Assembly (NCBI GenBank): GCA_020891255.1
Contig: BQFW01000013.1
Coordinates: 2,356,001-2,420,000 of the forward strand
DNA: 64,000 bases
Reading direction: 5' to 3'
DNA from: Entomortierella parvispora E1425
Taxonomy: Eukaryota; Fungi; Mortierellomycota
Shown: positions 10,641 to 22,017 of the stretch, one piece after another
How the letters are laid out: every line of letters starts with the position of its first letter
Position numbering within the stretch: position 1 is the stretch's first letter
The notes under the pieces: generated by a model
What the model saw: only the letters and a program-made list of their open reading frames with translations
Database searches by the model: none
Told to the model about the DNA's origin: nothing
Made by a program: the position numbers and the translations under genes

Positions 10641-12358
10641 TCAGTACAGTTTGTCAGCCATAAGTGACTGAGGTGACGGCGCCTGTTTTATCCGCCACTC
10701 GTCTATCTCCTCCTTGGTCATGACATCAAAAACATCTCTCATATCCGCAACATCGCCGCCTAAAAGCGCATCTGTGATGTCTGGAACGCCTCTTCGAAGC
10801 TTCCTCACCTGATGTGCTGATGTGGATTCATCTTGTTACATGACAGTTTCCTCGTGTGTTCTCCGAACAGCGTCTGCGTATTGACATCTTCTCCTATAGG
10901 GTGTGTTCGGAGTGGCCGGGATGGCTGGAATGGCGAGTGCGGTAGATCGAGGTTCGCGTGCGATTGCTTCGAGTAAGGCAACACCATCCAGAAGACCAAG
11001 TGTGCAGCTCTTGATCGCACGGGGTTCCAGCCAGAAAAAACTCCAACAGTCCATCAAGTCCGTGAGAATTATAACAGGACAGTAATTTGACGACAGGCTT
11101 GCCGCGAGGAGCTGCAAAATAGCTTGCATGGTGTTGGTCTCCCCAACAGACTTCTTCAATTCAACGCCGATCTGTAATCCACTAGCATAGTTCCTATCGT
11201 TGACGAAGGCCTTCTCCATGAGAGCCAAATCGGTAGTTCCCCTGAGATCATACTTGATGCTCGCTCCCGGGGTATTGAGGAGGCTGCTGTTTCCAGAAGC
11301 GCGATAAAAAATGACATCCTGGGGAAGTGTGATGTACTTATCCAGCCATGCTTCATAGTCGTGTGCGTGAGCAGCTTCATGCCTGCCATCCCAGGAGAAA
11401 GGTTGGATATGCTTCGTTGTGGGAGGGGTGGTAAAGACTGCGGTTTGTCTTTGAAGGCCGTGTTCAGCCAAAATGTCATTGTAGTGCTGCTGGGTGACTT
11501 TCGAGATCGAGATTACGGTTTTTTTCTCCTCTTTCAGTTCTAAATCATAAAAGAAGTGAAGTCATGAGATAGCTGCTACATTGACAGTATGACATAGTTC
11601 CATAATCGTACCTTTAAAAGCAGTCTCCATTCTGTCAAATCTTCCGAACATTGCAGTCTCGAAATCGCGCTTTGTGCCTGCGAATTAAGCATTGGTAAAA
11701 TTGGAAAGGTTTAAAAAAATGGTAATCATGGGCTTTCCGTCAGGAGAGTATACATGTCACCGAAAGGCATACCTGCATGGGCTATGTGAAGCAGCAAGAA
11801 ATGAGGGTAAATAAAACAAACAACTACAACAGCCTGTCACAAACAAACTTATGCGAGTGGGAATGGAGATTGTTGCTTACCTTGAGAGGGTGGTTGGACG
11901 ACAATGTAAATGAGGCTTTTGTCTGCGCCATTTCGAAAATAAGTCTCAAGACTCTCGAGTTCGTCATCAAGCTTTTTGCGAGACGCAGTAGAAAGCTGTC
12001 CCTTAGTGGCCCCACCGTCGATATGAAAGAGAGTGAGCTTGTCAGCAGCGATCTCGTTGAATTCGGGGTCTTTTTTTTTCTTGATTTCGTCCTTGAGCGT
12101 GCTGACAGATTCTGATGATGCAATATCAACAGGGAATGAGCTCGATTCTCCATCCATGATACAGTTCAGGCGGAGCGTCTTGCCGGCCATGGAGATCTCG
12201 GGCATGACGGATAGAGAGGCGGCTGGTTTCGAGGACGTGTCTGCTGCGGTAGAATGACTTGTAGAAGTCCGCGGTGGACTCGTCGAGCTTCCTGCTGATG
12301 ATCCTTGTGGGAGATTGCTGCTTGATTTCGCTTTCCCTTTGCCTTTGTTCTCTGACAT
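10641..12358 (-). pseudogene. Crinkler (CRN) copy 2, premature stop near the C-terminus (possibly a truncated functional protein)
   Basis: Offset +5400 from copy 1; exons 12358-11881, 11781-11773 and 11539-10641. TCG>TAA at 10836-10838 and a 21-nt in-frame deletion near 10680. Retains GVELKK. Confidence 0.8.
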
Positions 12359-12589
12359 TGTGCCGAAAATGGTTCGCTTCAAAGTGGGGGATGGTTTTGA
12401 CTGAGAAAGACGAAGGAGCGGAGGGAAAGAAGCGTGGGGCAAGGGCGAAACGATGCGGCTACTTAATTTTCGTATGTAAGAACGTCTGTCCGCCAATCAG
12501 CTCTGCAGCACTTGCGATAGATCCGTCTTCCGCGTCTTTTTTGTCTCCCACGCGCGAACACGAACTTTCTTCTCCTTCTTCCACTCCCC

Positions 12590-13400
12590 GTCTCCTTCTT
12601 TTTACATGCACCCGTTCCCTGGACACCACCTCGCCACCAATCTCACCATTGCATCTGCCCCTCAATGTGGATCATAGACGACCAATCTGCTTCGGTCGCC
12701 TGAATCATTTGGAGACCAATGCCCCATTGGTCTTATGGTCAAATTGCTGAATAATGCCCTACCAATGCACCTCCCTTCTCAATAAGAATGGTTTATGAAT
12801 GCTTCCACCACATCAGGATCCATGCAGCTGGGAGCAGTCCGATGGTCATTTTGTAAGGCCAGTCCATTAGCGAGGATTTCATCAGTCTTGTCGACAATGC
12901 TTTTCTTGTCCATGTAGGCAACCTACCATCCCGTTGCATATCATGTCTTGTGCAGCTAGAGTGAGGTGGAACCTGGGACGTTCAGTACTAAAACTCACTG
13001 GTTTTCTGGCGATGTGGAGGGGCAATCTGTTATAGGAATCTGTCTCTGTGGCCTGAGGAGCTGCTGTTTGCCTCTTTGCGCAACTGACGTGGGTTCTATG
13101 GTCTGCTGTGCTAATAGCCGGTATTTACTCGTCTTCTCGGCTTTGTAGGAAGGCAGGACATCGGCAAAATCAACCCGAAAAATGACGTGTTGCCTTCACG
13201 TCTTCTTGAAAAAAGGCTCTAATTTCCAACAAAAGGACAGGACTAGGGGTGCCTATTGCAAAAGCATGGAGCAGGAGGCACTTCTCTTTGTTACACACCA
13301 GTTCCGGTGGTCCCGTTTAGCAGAGTCTTCTTTCAAAGGTATTGCACAAACCTCGATTTTTTTGATTTTTTTTTTTTCTGTTGAACTCATTTTCTATTTT
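12590..13400. repeat. Old dispersed repeat (~800 bp), also at ~49070-49890
   Basis: Shared colinear blocks, e.g. ccctggacaccacctcgcca, ccgatggtcattttgtaagg, cgtcttcttgaaaaaag...aaaaggacagg. Confidence 0.8.
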
Positions 13401-13439
13401 TCACATTTCTCTCTCTTGCTCCTCTCTCACACACACACA

Positions 13440-14241
13440 ACGCGCACTCTCTCTCCCTCTCTTGCCCACTCTCTCTGTCTCTCCAACAAGTTAAATCTTA
13501 TTATATGCATGTCCTTCTCTATTTCTCTTCATGACGAATTTGTCACCGATGTGGACTGTGGACTGAATGACAATGGGCGTTCGGGGGAAAATCCCGTGCA
13601 AAGCGTTCTCGTGGATCCATTATCCTTCACTTCATGACCTTTGTGTCATGGAAAGGTCCATAACTTTACATTGATGGTCTGCAGCACCTGTCATTCTTGT
13701 AAAGAGTCTCTCCTTGCGCTTGTTCGAATCCAGCCTGAGCCTCTGGTTAGCAAGGTTGCCATCCAAATTCGATCATGTTTGCTCTTGTCTTGTTAACACC
13801 GATGCGTGGCTATGGACTGAGGACAATGGGCGTTCGGGGGAAAATCCCGTGCAAAGCGTTCTCGTGGATCCATTGTCCTCACTTCATGACCTTTTGTGTC
13901 ATGGAAAGGTCCACGGCCCTACATTGATGGTCTGCAGCACCTGTCATTCTATGAAGGGTCTGCCTCCTTGCGCTTGAATTCGAATCGAGCCTGAGCCTCT
14001 GGTAAGCAAGGTTGCCATCCAAGACAGCGCGTTTACAACTCCCCTTTCTACCTCCTTGCATGCAGTTCATACTCGCTCTCTCTCTCTCTCTCCCTCTCTT
14101 GCCCACTCTCTGTCTCTCCAAACAAGGTAAGTCTTATTATTTGCATGTCCTCTATTTCTCATCATGACGAATTTGTCACGATGTGGGCTATGGACTGAAG
14201 GACAATGGGCGTTCGGGTGAAAATCCCGTGCAAAGCGTTCT
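13440..14241. repeat. Three imperfect tandem copies of a ~230-320 bp unit
   Basis: Core gacaatgggcgttcgggggaaaatcccgtgcaaagcgttctc at ~13569, ~13823 and ~14201. Confidence 0.9.
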
Positions 14242-16392
14242 CATGGCTCCGCGACTTTATTCAGGATATTGGTGTTTTTGGCAATTCTTTGTGAATATCA
14301 GTTAAAAGCACAGGGGCATGGGAAAATATGTCTCATATTGAAGTTCAGGTACTACAAAATATCGTGAGTCAACTCAATCTTGCATACCCACAGCTCTGTC
14401 TGCAGTTGGAGAGAGGGATACTCAAGTCCAGATCTGGAACGGGATGGTGATCACCACTGAAACAAGGATTGACTTCAGTCATTTTCGTGGACGCGGATTA
14501 TAAAGAGTCTGGCCCAGCCAAACAATAGAGATCGGTCTTTTTTCCAGTCAATAAGGCCTTTCAAAAACCATGGTGTAGGTGTGTCCCTTTGGTGTTGGAG
14601 TCCTACGAGTAAGAGTGGAGTCACTCGCAATTCTTTAAGTTGACACGTTTTTGAAGTATCGCAGCTGCGACATGGTGGATCTGGACACCCAGTAAAATCT
14701 CTTGGAAAATTGGACAAAAAATGGATATACGGTGACGGATATGATATACGCGAGCGGCCTGGAAAGATCGAATGAAAAGTTTGCGAAAGCACTTATTTCC
14801 CTTGCAACCGGACGCGGAAACCTCCCAAAAAAAAAAAAACAAAAAAAAAATCGCGTCCTGACGCGCTTGAATCAGTCCTCTCCGCCAGAGCACATTAAAA
14901 CGAAGGGACTTGGAGGAAGCATCCATCGTGACAATTCTCGCTCCGTGCCTACATTGGGATGCACATGTCCATCCAAGGTCCAAGGAAGGAGCAATCTTGG
15001 AGGAGCACTTTGCACCCGCTGGCACAAAAAAAAAAAATCTCAACGACTTTGCACGGTGTTGCTTTTTGATCCTTCGGGGTCGGCTCTTTCAATCCTTGCT
15101 TCATTATCATTTTTGAGGGTGCAAAGCTTCACGAGTTACTCAGGAGGTATAGCACTTCTGGAATAAATGCAGTTTTTTCTGCAGAGAGCCAAGTAGAGTC
15201 ATTTACCTCTGTTGAACTTGCTGAGAGTTACGGTTGCGTACTTGGCAGTGCCAAAAAAAAAGGACAGGGCAGGGACCAGTAAACGGCTTGTGGCAGCCTT
15301 ACGTCCATTGCGACGTTGCTTCAACACCAGTATCAATTAGGGGGGCGTATTGGGTGGATCGATCAGTAGCAGAGTCCGGCGCGAGGGCAGCAATGACACG
15401 TGATAAAGAGGAGAGGAGAGGGCAGGAATTGAGGGCAGGGATGGTGAGCGGAGACAGAGCGATCAATTGAGGTTAGTGAAGAGAGATGTATAAAGACATC
15501 AATTGAGGAATTGAGGAGAGAGATGGAGGTGCATAAGGGATCAACGATGATGGACGCATAAAGAACAAGGGATTGAAATAGAAGGGATGCAAGAATGCAT
15601 AAAAAGGATCAAAGGAGAAAGTCAAAAAACAACGGGAGGAGTGAAAAAGGAGGGATGCATAAAAACATTCTAGGGCAGTAACTGGCTTGTAGCAGCCAAG
15701 AGTTTACTAGTTCTTACGGTGGGTACTCTTTCTCTTCTCCCTGCATTACCACGAGGTGGTGCTTTGGACGGATTAGTCCGAGAGAGCGAGCTGGGAGAAG
15801 AAAAGGAGGAGAGAGGGGTAAGGGGTGAGAGGGGAGGGAGAAAGGATTTGTTGCAGTCAGCGTGTGGTAGCTATGCGTTCATAGCGCGTTGCTGAAGCCA
15901 CAATACTTTTTTTTTTTTTTTTTTTTGAATCGTTGTGTTTTCCAAAGTCACTCACCGATCGTGAGGGGGTGGATATGGAATGGAACAATGAGAGTGAAAG
16001 TAAGAAAGTAAGGGGCTTGATCTCCTTCCCTTGCACTCCTGACAAAATGACACGGGCCTGTCCTTAGGTCGCTGATTGCTCCATGAGAAAGTTAGTTACT
16101 GTTGCCTTGAGCTGTTTTGTTAGTTCCACGAGATTTTTCAAGTATAAAAAGAAGCTACACCTGCCATATACGCCTCAACCCAACCAAGCACCGTCACACG
16201 AGCAAGTATTGCCGCAACGACCTCTACCCACCTACACGCACTCTAATATATCATCGTCAATACTTCTGGTATACCATACAACTGGAACTTTGCGATTCAC
16301 TAATGGAAAACAGAAACACTCTTGCCTGACCTGCGCATTTGCCTGATCCTCTCTATCGTCTATCATTTATTTCTAGTGTGGCTAAACACAAG

Positions 16393-16755
16393 ATGTATCG
16401 CCTTACGCTGAGCTTCTCTATTATACTGAGTTTGATATCCTTCTCCGACGCAGATTTTACCATCTCAAGCGGCTACATCTGTAAATGGTCGGACCATTGT
16501 CAAAGAAATCAAGCGTGGTGTGGGACGAAATTCAATATTGGATCAGATGAATGGATAAGATATGCAACCACAAAACATGAGAACAAAGGTATCAAGTGCG
16601 GGGATGTGTGTGGAAGTTCTAATGCGAACAATTGGTGCTTTGATGCATGCAACAAGGAGTATGGGAATGTTTGTTGGATTGGCTACAAAGTTCTAGAATG
16701 CAGATGCAATTCTATGGGTCGCTATTGCAGCACAGACGATGTAGAAGATTGTTAA
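16393..16755 (+). CDS. Small secreted cysteine-rich protein (120 aa, 12 Cys) with a CS-alpha-beta/defensin-like C-terminal Cys spacing
   Basis: Signal-peptide-like MYRLTLSFSIILSLISFSDA; C-x3-C-x8-C-x3-C-x7-C-x8-C-x-C-x6-C-x7-C at the C-terminus; intronless. Confidence 0.8.
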   Translation: MYRLTLSFSIILSLISFSDADFTISSGYICKWSDHCQRNQAWCGTKFNIGSDEWIRYATTKHENKGIKCGDVCGSSNANNWCFDACNKEYGNVCWIGYKVLECRCNSMGRYCSTDDVEDC

Positions 16756-17793
16756 GGAGATACATATGTAGTAGGCAGTGTCGAAGATCACGAAGACTCA
16801 AGCCTTTATCCGAGAGCCAGGACCATCATAGTTCCTACCATCATAGTTCCTACCCTGTTGTGGAGACCCACCCTTCATCTGTTTTGTTCGCGAATAAAAG
16901 AGAGTGCAAATTACACTGTCCTTGCCAAACGGATAAATAGAAGTATTATATACGCAAGGATGGCGGTACAGGGCTGATAACGATGAGAGACATCCCAAAA
17001 GAGGGCAGTTGACAGAGAATTAGGCGACGAAGACACTGGATAAGTATGAAATACCTCGCATCAGGGGATTCTCGTTTACGAAAGGAGTAACCCAGTCAAG
17101 CGTCGAGGATGTGCGGGGCAAGGGGTCCCGGCAACGTAAGTAAGTATGGGTACGAGTAATGACAAGACGGACGAAGAGATCTGCTTTAATGAGAGAGCGC
17201 TGGAGGCGCTGATATATCTTCGTCAACTAAAAATATTAGAGGGGAGAGAGAAAAATGGTGGAAGAATCAAACATTGAGGAGAGAGAGGGAGGGATATTGT
17301 GAAGAGGAGAGGAGTGCGTACAGAGTTCCCAGAGGATGAGATTGACGTTTTCAGAGGTGGTGGTGCAGTAACGGATCGTAATGGAGAGGAGAGGGATGGG
17401 ATTTGGCAGAGGAGACAGGAAAAGAGATGAATAGCGGACGGGGTAGAGACAGGAGGGCAGGCAAGAGGGAGAGGAGAGAGATGGGGATGGATAACTGGCT
17501 TGTAGCAGCCAAGCGTTCATAGCGACGTTGCTTTCTGATCCTTCGATGTCGGCTTTTCCTATCATTATTGTCAAGGAATGGTTTGGAGGAGGGGACGGTT
17601 TTATTGCTTTCAAAGTACTGTCATGAAGGATTGGCTGCTGGAGACAGATCGTGTGTTTGCCGCCGATGGGGTCCACGGCACATTTGACGTCAATAATTGT
17701 TCAACAGCGGCTGCCACAGTATTCTGTTCTTCTCATTGCCCTCTTTTGGTCGAGGGGTCTCCCCGAAGGCCATTCTACATTCTGCGAGGTGCA

Positions 17794-19011
17794 GTACTTT
17801 TGCGAATCCTGTTCCTGCTTTCAACGTGAGCCATCCTCGTCTGAATCCTGCACGCCAAATATTGTCGTCGTCGGATACGTTCAACAGCGCCTGAGTAGCA
17901 TACGCGGCTTGGAAGACCAGATATGGATTCTCAGTGGACTCTGATTCCCGAAGAAGATCCGTGAGTGGTCCATGGATGTTAATGCGGTCGACCTCTCCAA
18001 TATCGGCGCCCACCATCGCATCTAGCACACGCGACACCGCAAGAAGTAGATGGTGTCGATTTCGAATGCTCTCCGGGTGAGTGGACTGGAGCTTAGTCTG
18101 TGGAGAGTCAAGAACCCTCACAAGGTCGCCCGAATCGATAGATCCTAGTGCGGCGCCTTGGATCACCTTAGCCAGTCCTTCCAGAGAATGTAGATTCAAA
18201 ATTGCAGAGTTGTTGATAGTGTCGATGAATGCCGTGATAAAAATCCGAGAATATTCGCTATCGAGCACTGGGGCCAACAGGACAACTTTGGTAACAGTGG
18301 CTGCATCCTTCAGGGCATCCTTTTTAAATGCCTCGACAATCTGCACAGATGTGGTTTGTAGGCGATCCTTCTCATCCAGGGTTTTCCATGTACTGTGTCG
18401 CCATTTAAGAGCATCCGGTGAGAGAACATCCTCTAGGACTGACTCCTGCAGCAGTTCGAGACTATAGGCAAGTTGATAGGTACTTTGAAGTGACTCGTCT
18501 GGACCTGGCAGCGCGCACCGAGCAGGCTCAGGATTCACGTCCTTGCTGAAGAACAGCGGAGACTGCTGAAAGCTGGAAGCCGCTGAGAGAGATGTTTGAT
18601 TGAGAGATGGAAGATGTGCTGGTAGCCGCCGCTATGGATACTTTGATCAGAGACGATGATGACATGACGCCCTTGCAGATCTTTTTCTCGTCTAGTTTTT
18701 GCCTAGTAAAAAGTCGTTATGAGGTTAGAGACACTTGCAAGAAATCGCTCAATGCTGACAGGAGCAAAAGAAGAGTGGCCTACCAAAGAGTCTGTGCTCT
18801 CTGTCTGCACTTGGCAGCCTCTCCTGTTCTTTGGAGTGATCCAGCACCACGGCGAGCTCCCGGAGCGCATCAACCTTGCCAGTCAGGGTAGCGGTGGCTA
18901 CTTGGCTCTTTCGTAGCGCTTGATGACCTTCCTTCTAGAACCTTATGTTTTTCGGGCGGCCACTATATGTGCCCTTGCTAGCTCCAACGGCTTTTGTGCA
19001 GGAAGCGTCAT
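17794..19011 (-). pseudogene. Truncated duplicate of the NLR-like gene (N-terminal and ARM-like part only, no NACHT)
   Basis: Exon 1 has a deletion and a TAG (~18899-18901); 2-nt loss in a (TC)n run at ~18585-18595; homology stops at GFAKV (17794). Confidence 0.85.
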
Positions 19012-19728
19012 GTCGACCCTACTGTGCTGCATGCTGCAGGTCAGAGAGATGGACAAGAGGATCGGTAAAAATGTAAACAGGAGGGTGAGTTGCGAACAAA
19101 GTCGAAGAGGAAAGAAACAAAAACGGAGGAACGGTGCTCCCCTTCCTGAGGCCGTTTCTTCCCGCTAACCACATCGGCCATGTGAGAATTCACAATCCTG
19201 TGCACAAAGACACAAAAGCGTATTGGTACATGTTGCGGCTGTTGCTGTTCCTGCGTTAAGTTCCGCGTTTGCTCTCTCTTGCTTAGGGGCCAGTTATGGA
19301 TGACAGTATATAAGAACTCACCCTTGATTAGGAGTCCAAGGATGGAGGTGCATGGGGCTCATGGATGAAATGACCACGTCGTCCATGGCGACTGCCATTG
19401 ATTGTCCCTTGGTGCGTGTCTGTCCTCATTGTGCAGTGTGGTTTCGTGTGAAGATGGACATGCGACCAAAAGGAGAACAAAAAAGAGAGCGACAATAATG
19501 TGGCTTAGATTTGCACTCGCATATGCGTCTCGCACAGATGGATGCGCGTACTGACACCGCGTCTCTTTTCCTTCCCCTCTCCCCTCTTCACTCCACTCGT
19601 CCTCCTCGCACTTCCTCCTCGCTTGATCTCCTCGCTTGATCTCCTCCTATGATCAGCTTGGCCCTGCTCCACCACTCATGCCTTCACCCTTCCTGCGAAA
19701 TCAATCTCTGCTTTATCTGAGCAGAGTC

Positions 19729-20435
19729 ATGTCCGCTTGACCGTCCATGCTCGCCTTGCATGGTCTTCATTTCTGCAAGGCAGGCATTCTCAGACTGGGA
19801 CTACCCCCGACTTGTTCCCCCCTGTTGGGATCCCTCTCGTATTTCCGTAATGCATGCATGCTTGCATGTTATGCATGCATGCTTGCATGTTATGCATGCA
19901 TGCTTGCATGTTATGCATGAGCCCAGCTGGACATGTCCCTGAATGTAAGTGGAACGACGAGCTCCTCCGAATGCAATTAGAACTAAGACTCATGGCTCCT
20001 CCTCCTCCTCTTCAATATAGTAATGACTTGACAAACAAGACATCCGGCCAGCCTCACGAAGGGCCTTAAAGTCAGGAGGACCTCAGCCGTGGCTCTTGAA
20101 CGCATGAAACAAGCTAGACGAATACCGCGTGTCGCAAGTGGGATGCCCTTCCCACCAATCTAACAAGCTCAAAAATGAGCGCTGGACGAGGCGCACCGCA
20201 GGAGAACCGTGAGCTGAATTCTCCTATCCTGTTCACCAAGAATACGGATACCTATGGTGCAACGGCTATCTACACGGGATGTTATCGATCCACGCGCATA
20301 CTTGGTTCATGAAGCGAGCAGGAAAAGATGACAAAGAGTTGTTGGTGTCGTCAGCGATCTCCTCCGACCAAACCGACCCAACTTTCCTCAAATGCTTCTT
20401 ATTTTTCGTCAGATTGGTGGCAAGGGACAAGCGCT
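19729..20435. repeat. Copy 2 of the 7204-7865 segment
   Basis: Colinear with 7204-7865; directly abuts block A copy 2. Confidence 0.85.
19850..19920. repeat. 21-bp tandem repeat ATGCATGCATGCTTGCATGTT x3.3
   Basis: Units at 19850, 19871, 19892 and partial 19913; the paralog at ~7325 has only one short unit. Confidence 0.95.
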
Positions 20436-22017
20436 GAGAGAAAGCCTGCTGGGATGCAGTGCCGTCTCCTAAATACCCATAACCGCCTTTACGCTGTCGC
20501 GCTGGAGTGTGCCAACCGCATCGATATTCCACACGATGTGGTCCTCACTCTTCACATTCTACTCTTCACATTCTTTGCTGCCACATTCCTTGTTCATGAG
20601 TTGAACCAGTTTAATGCACTGTCTACTTTTCATATTAGTTTGACCCCACTGCACATCGGTCATGCCTCACTCTCGGACGAATCAAGACAAATCTTCAGAC
20701 GGGACGGATGCCGGTTGGAGAGCTGAACTGAGAGGTCTTTCTATTTTCGTGAATGTGTTAGTGGCCACCCTCGGACAAGGATTGCTTTTATTCTTTGATG
20801 CAAGGATGATGCAAAAGTCTGGTCCAGGAGTAGGAAAAAATTGCCCGAACAATAGGACTCGGTCTTACATCCACTCATCAGGATGTGATACCGCTATCCC
20901 ATGGAACAAGGATTATTATACTTGTAAGTATGTTCCCAAGTCTGTATAATTCGCAGCTACTCGATAGTATTCTTGCTGGACCTCGGGTTTATTTCATTTT
21001 ATTCTAGCGTTGTTGCGACTCGGGCGACAAACAAGGCCCAACAGGACTGCCGGAATTAGTCTGGGAAGGTGTTATCACTGGAAAATGGAGAGTTCGAATT
21101 ATTTGGAAAAGTAGAAGACAGGGCGCGTCGTTGTTCATCCTAGCCTTTTTTTTTCTCTTTTTCTTTGGGGGGGGACAATAGCAAAGATGCCGGAGCAGTC
21201 CTTGCAATGCTGCAGGTGCCTATTTGTTGAAAAGATTGACGATATCCTTCTACTTGTGTAAGTAATCTTTGCTCTTGGATTCTGATTAACTGTCTTATTG
21301 GATATTAATACGATATTGGCAACCCCTCTGGACTACGCAATCTTGTCAATTGTTGCCATTTCAATAATTTCAATAAACAATGAGCCACGGTGCAAGGGTT
21401 GATATGCACCCCTCGAACAGATGAAAATGTGGTGTGCCGCTCCATCCCTTTTGCTCGTTGATTGTCTCTCTTGAAACTACTCGCCTGGTGCCAAGGAGCA
21501 GGCGGTCTATAAGATTGGGAACGGTTCGGATAGTGCTGCACACAGTCCAAGACAAGTAAAGACGTTGTGGTCAAGATTATCATTGACTCCGTTGTCCGAT
21601 TGGAAGAGCAAGAATATCAGGTAATACAGGTACCTTCATCAGGCAGCACAGTTGTCTGTTCTTCGTAGATTGTAGCTGCGTCATCTTTCTTGCTTGACAT
21701 CTACATGCTCAGAGCATCGAGGATTCTCAGGAGTCAACGAGGCATCCAAATGCAGTCAATTAAAAAAACGAGTGCCAAGGATGAAAAGGAGGAAAGCACA
21801 ACGAGAATGAGAGTCTATCATCAAGACTGTCGCCACCTATACCCTGTCCTTGTTTAGTTCCAATTCAAACGGACTGTCATACCTAAATCGTACCCCTAAC
21901 CAGAAGCAAGATGGCGAAGTTGAATAGCAATCCACACTTTTGAACATCCTTTCCTTCAACCATACTTATACTTTTTTACCAGTACAGTCTTTCACAGCGG
22001 GCGATATCTAACGGTCA

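Noticed and set aside
20120-20160. TCDTRYSS resembling the hAT transposase TRWNS motif
   Set aside because: Short match, surrounded by stops, with no other hAT motifs in either copy.
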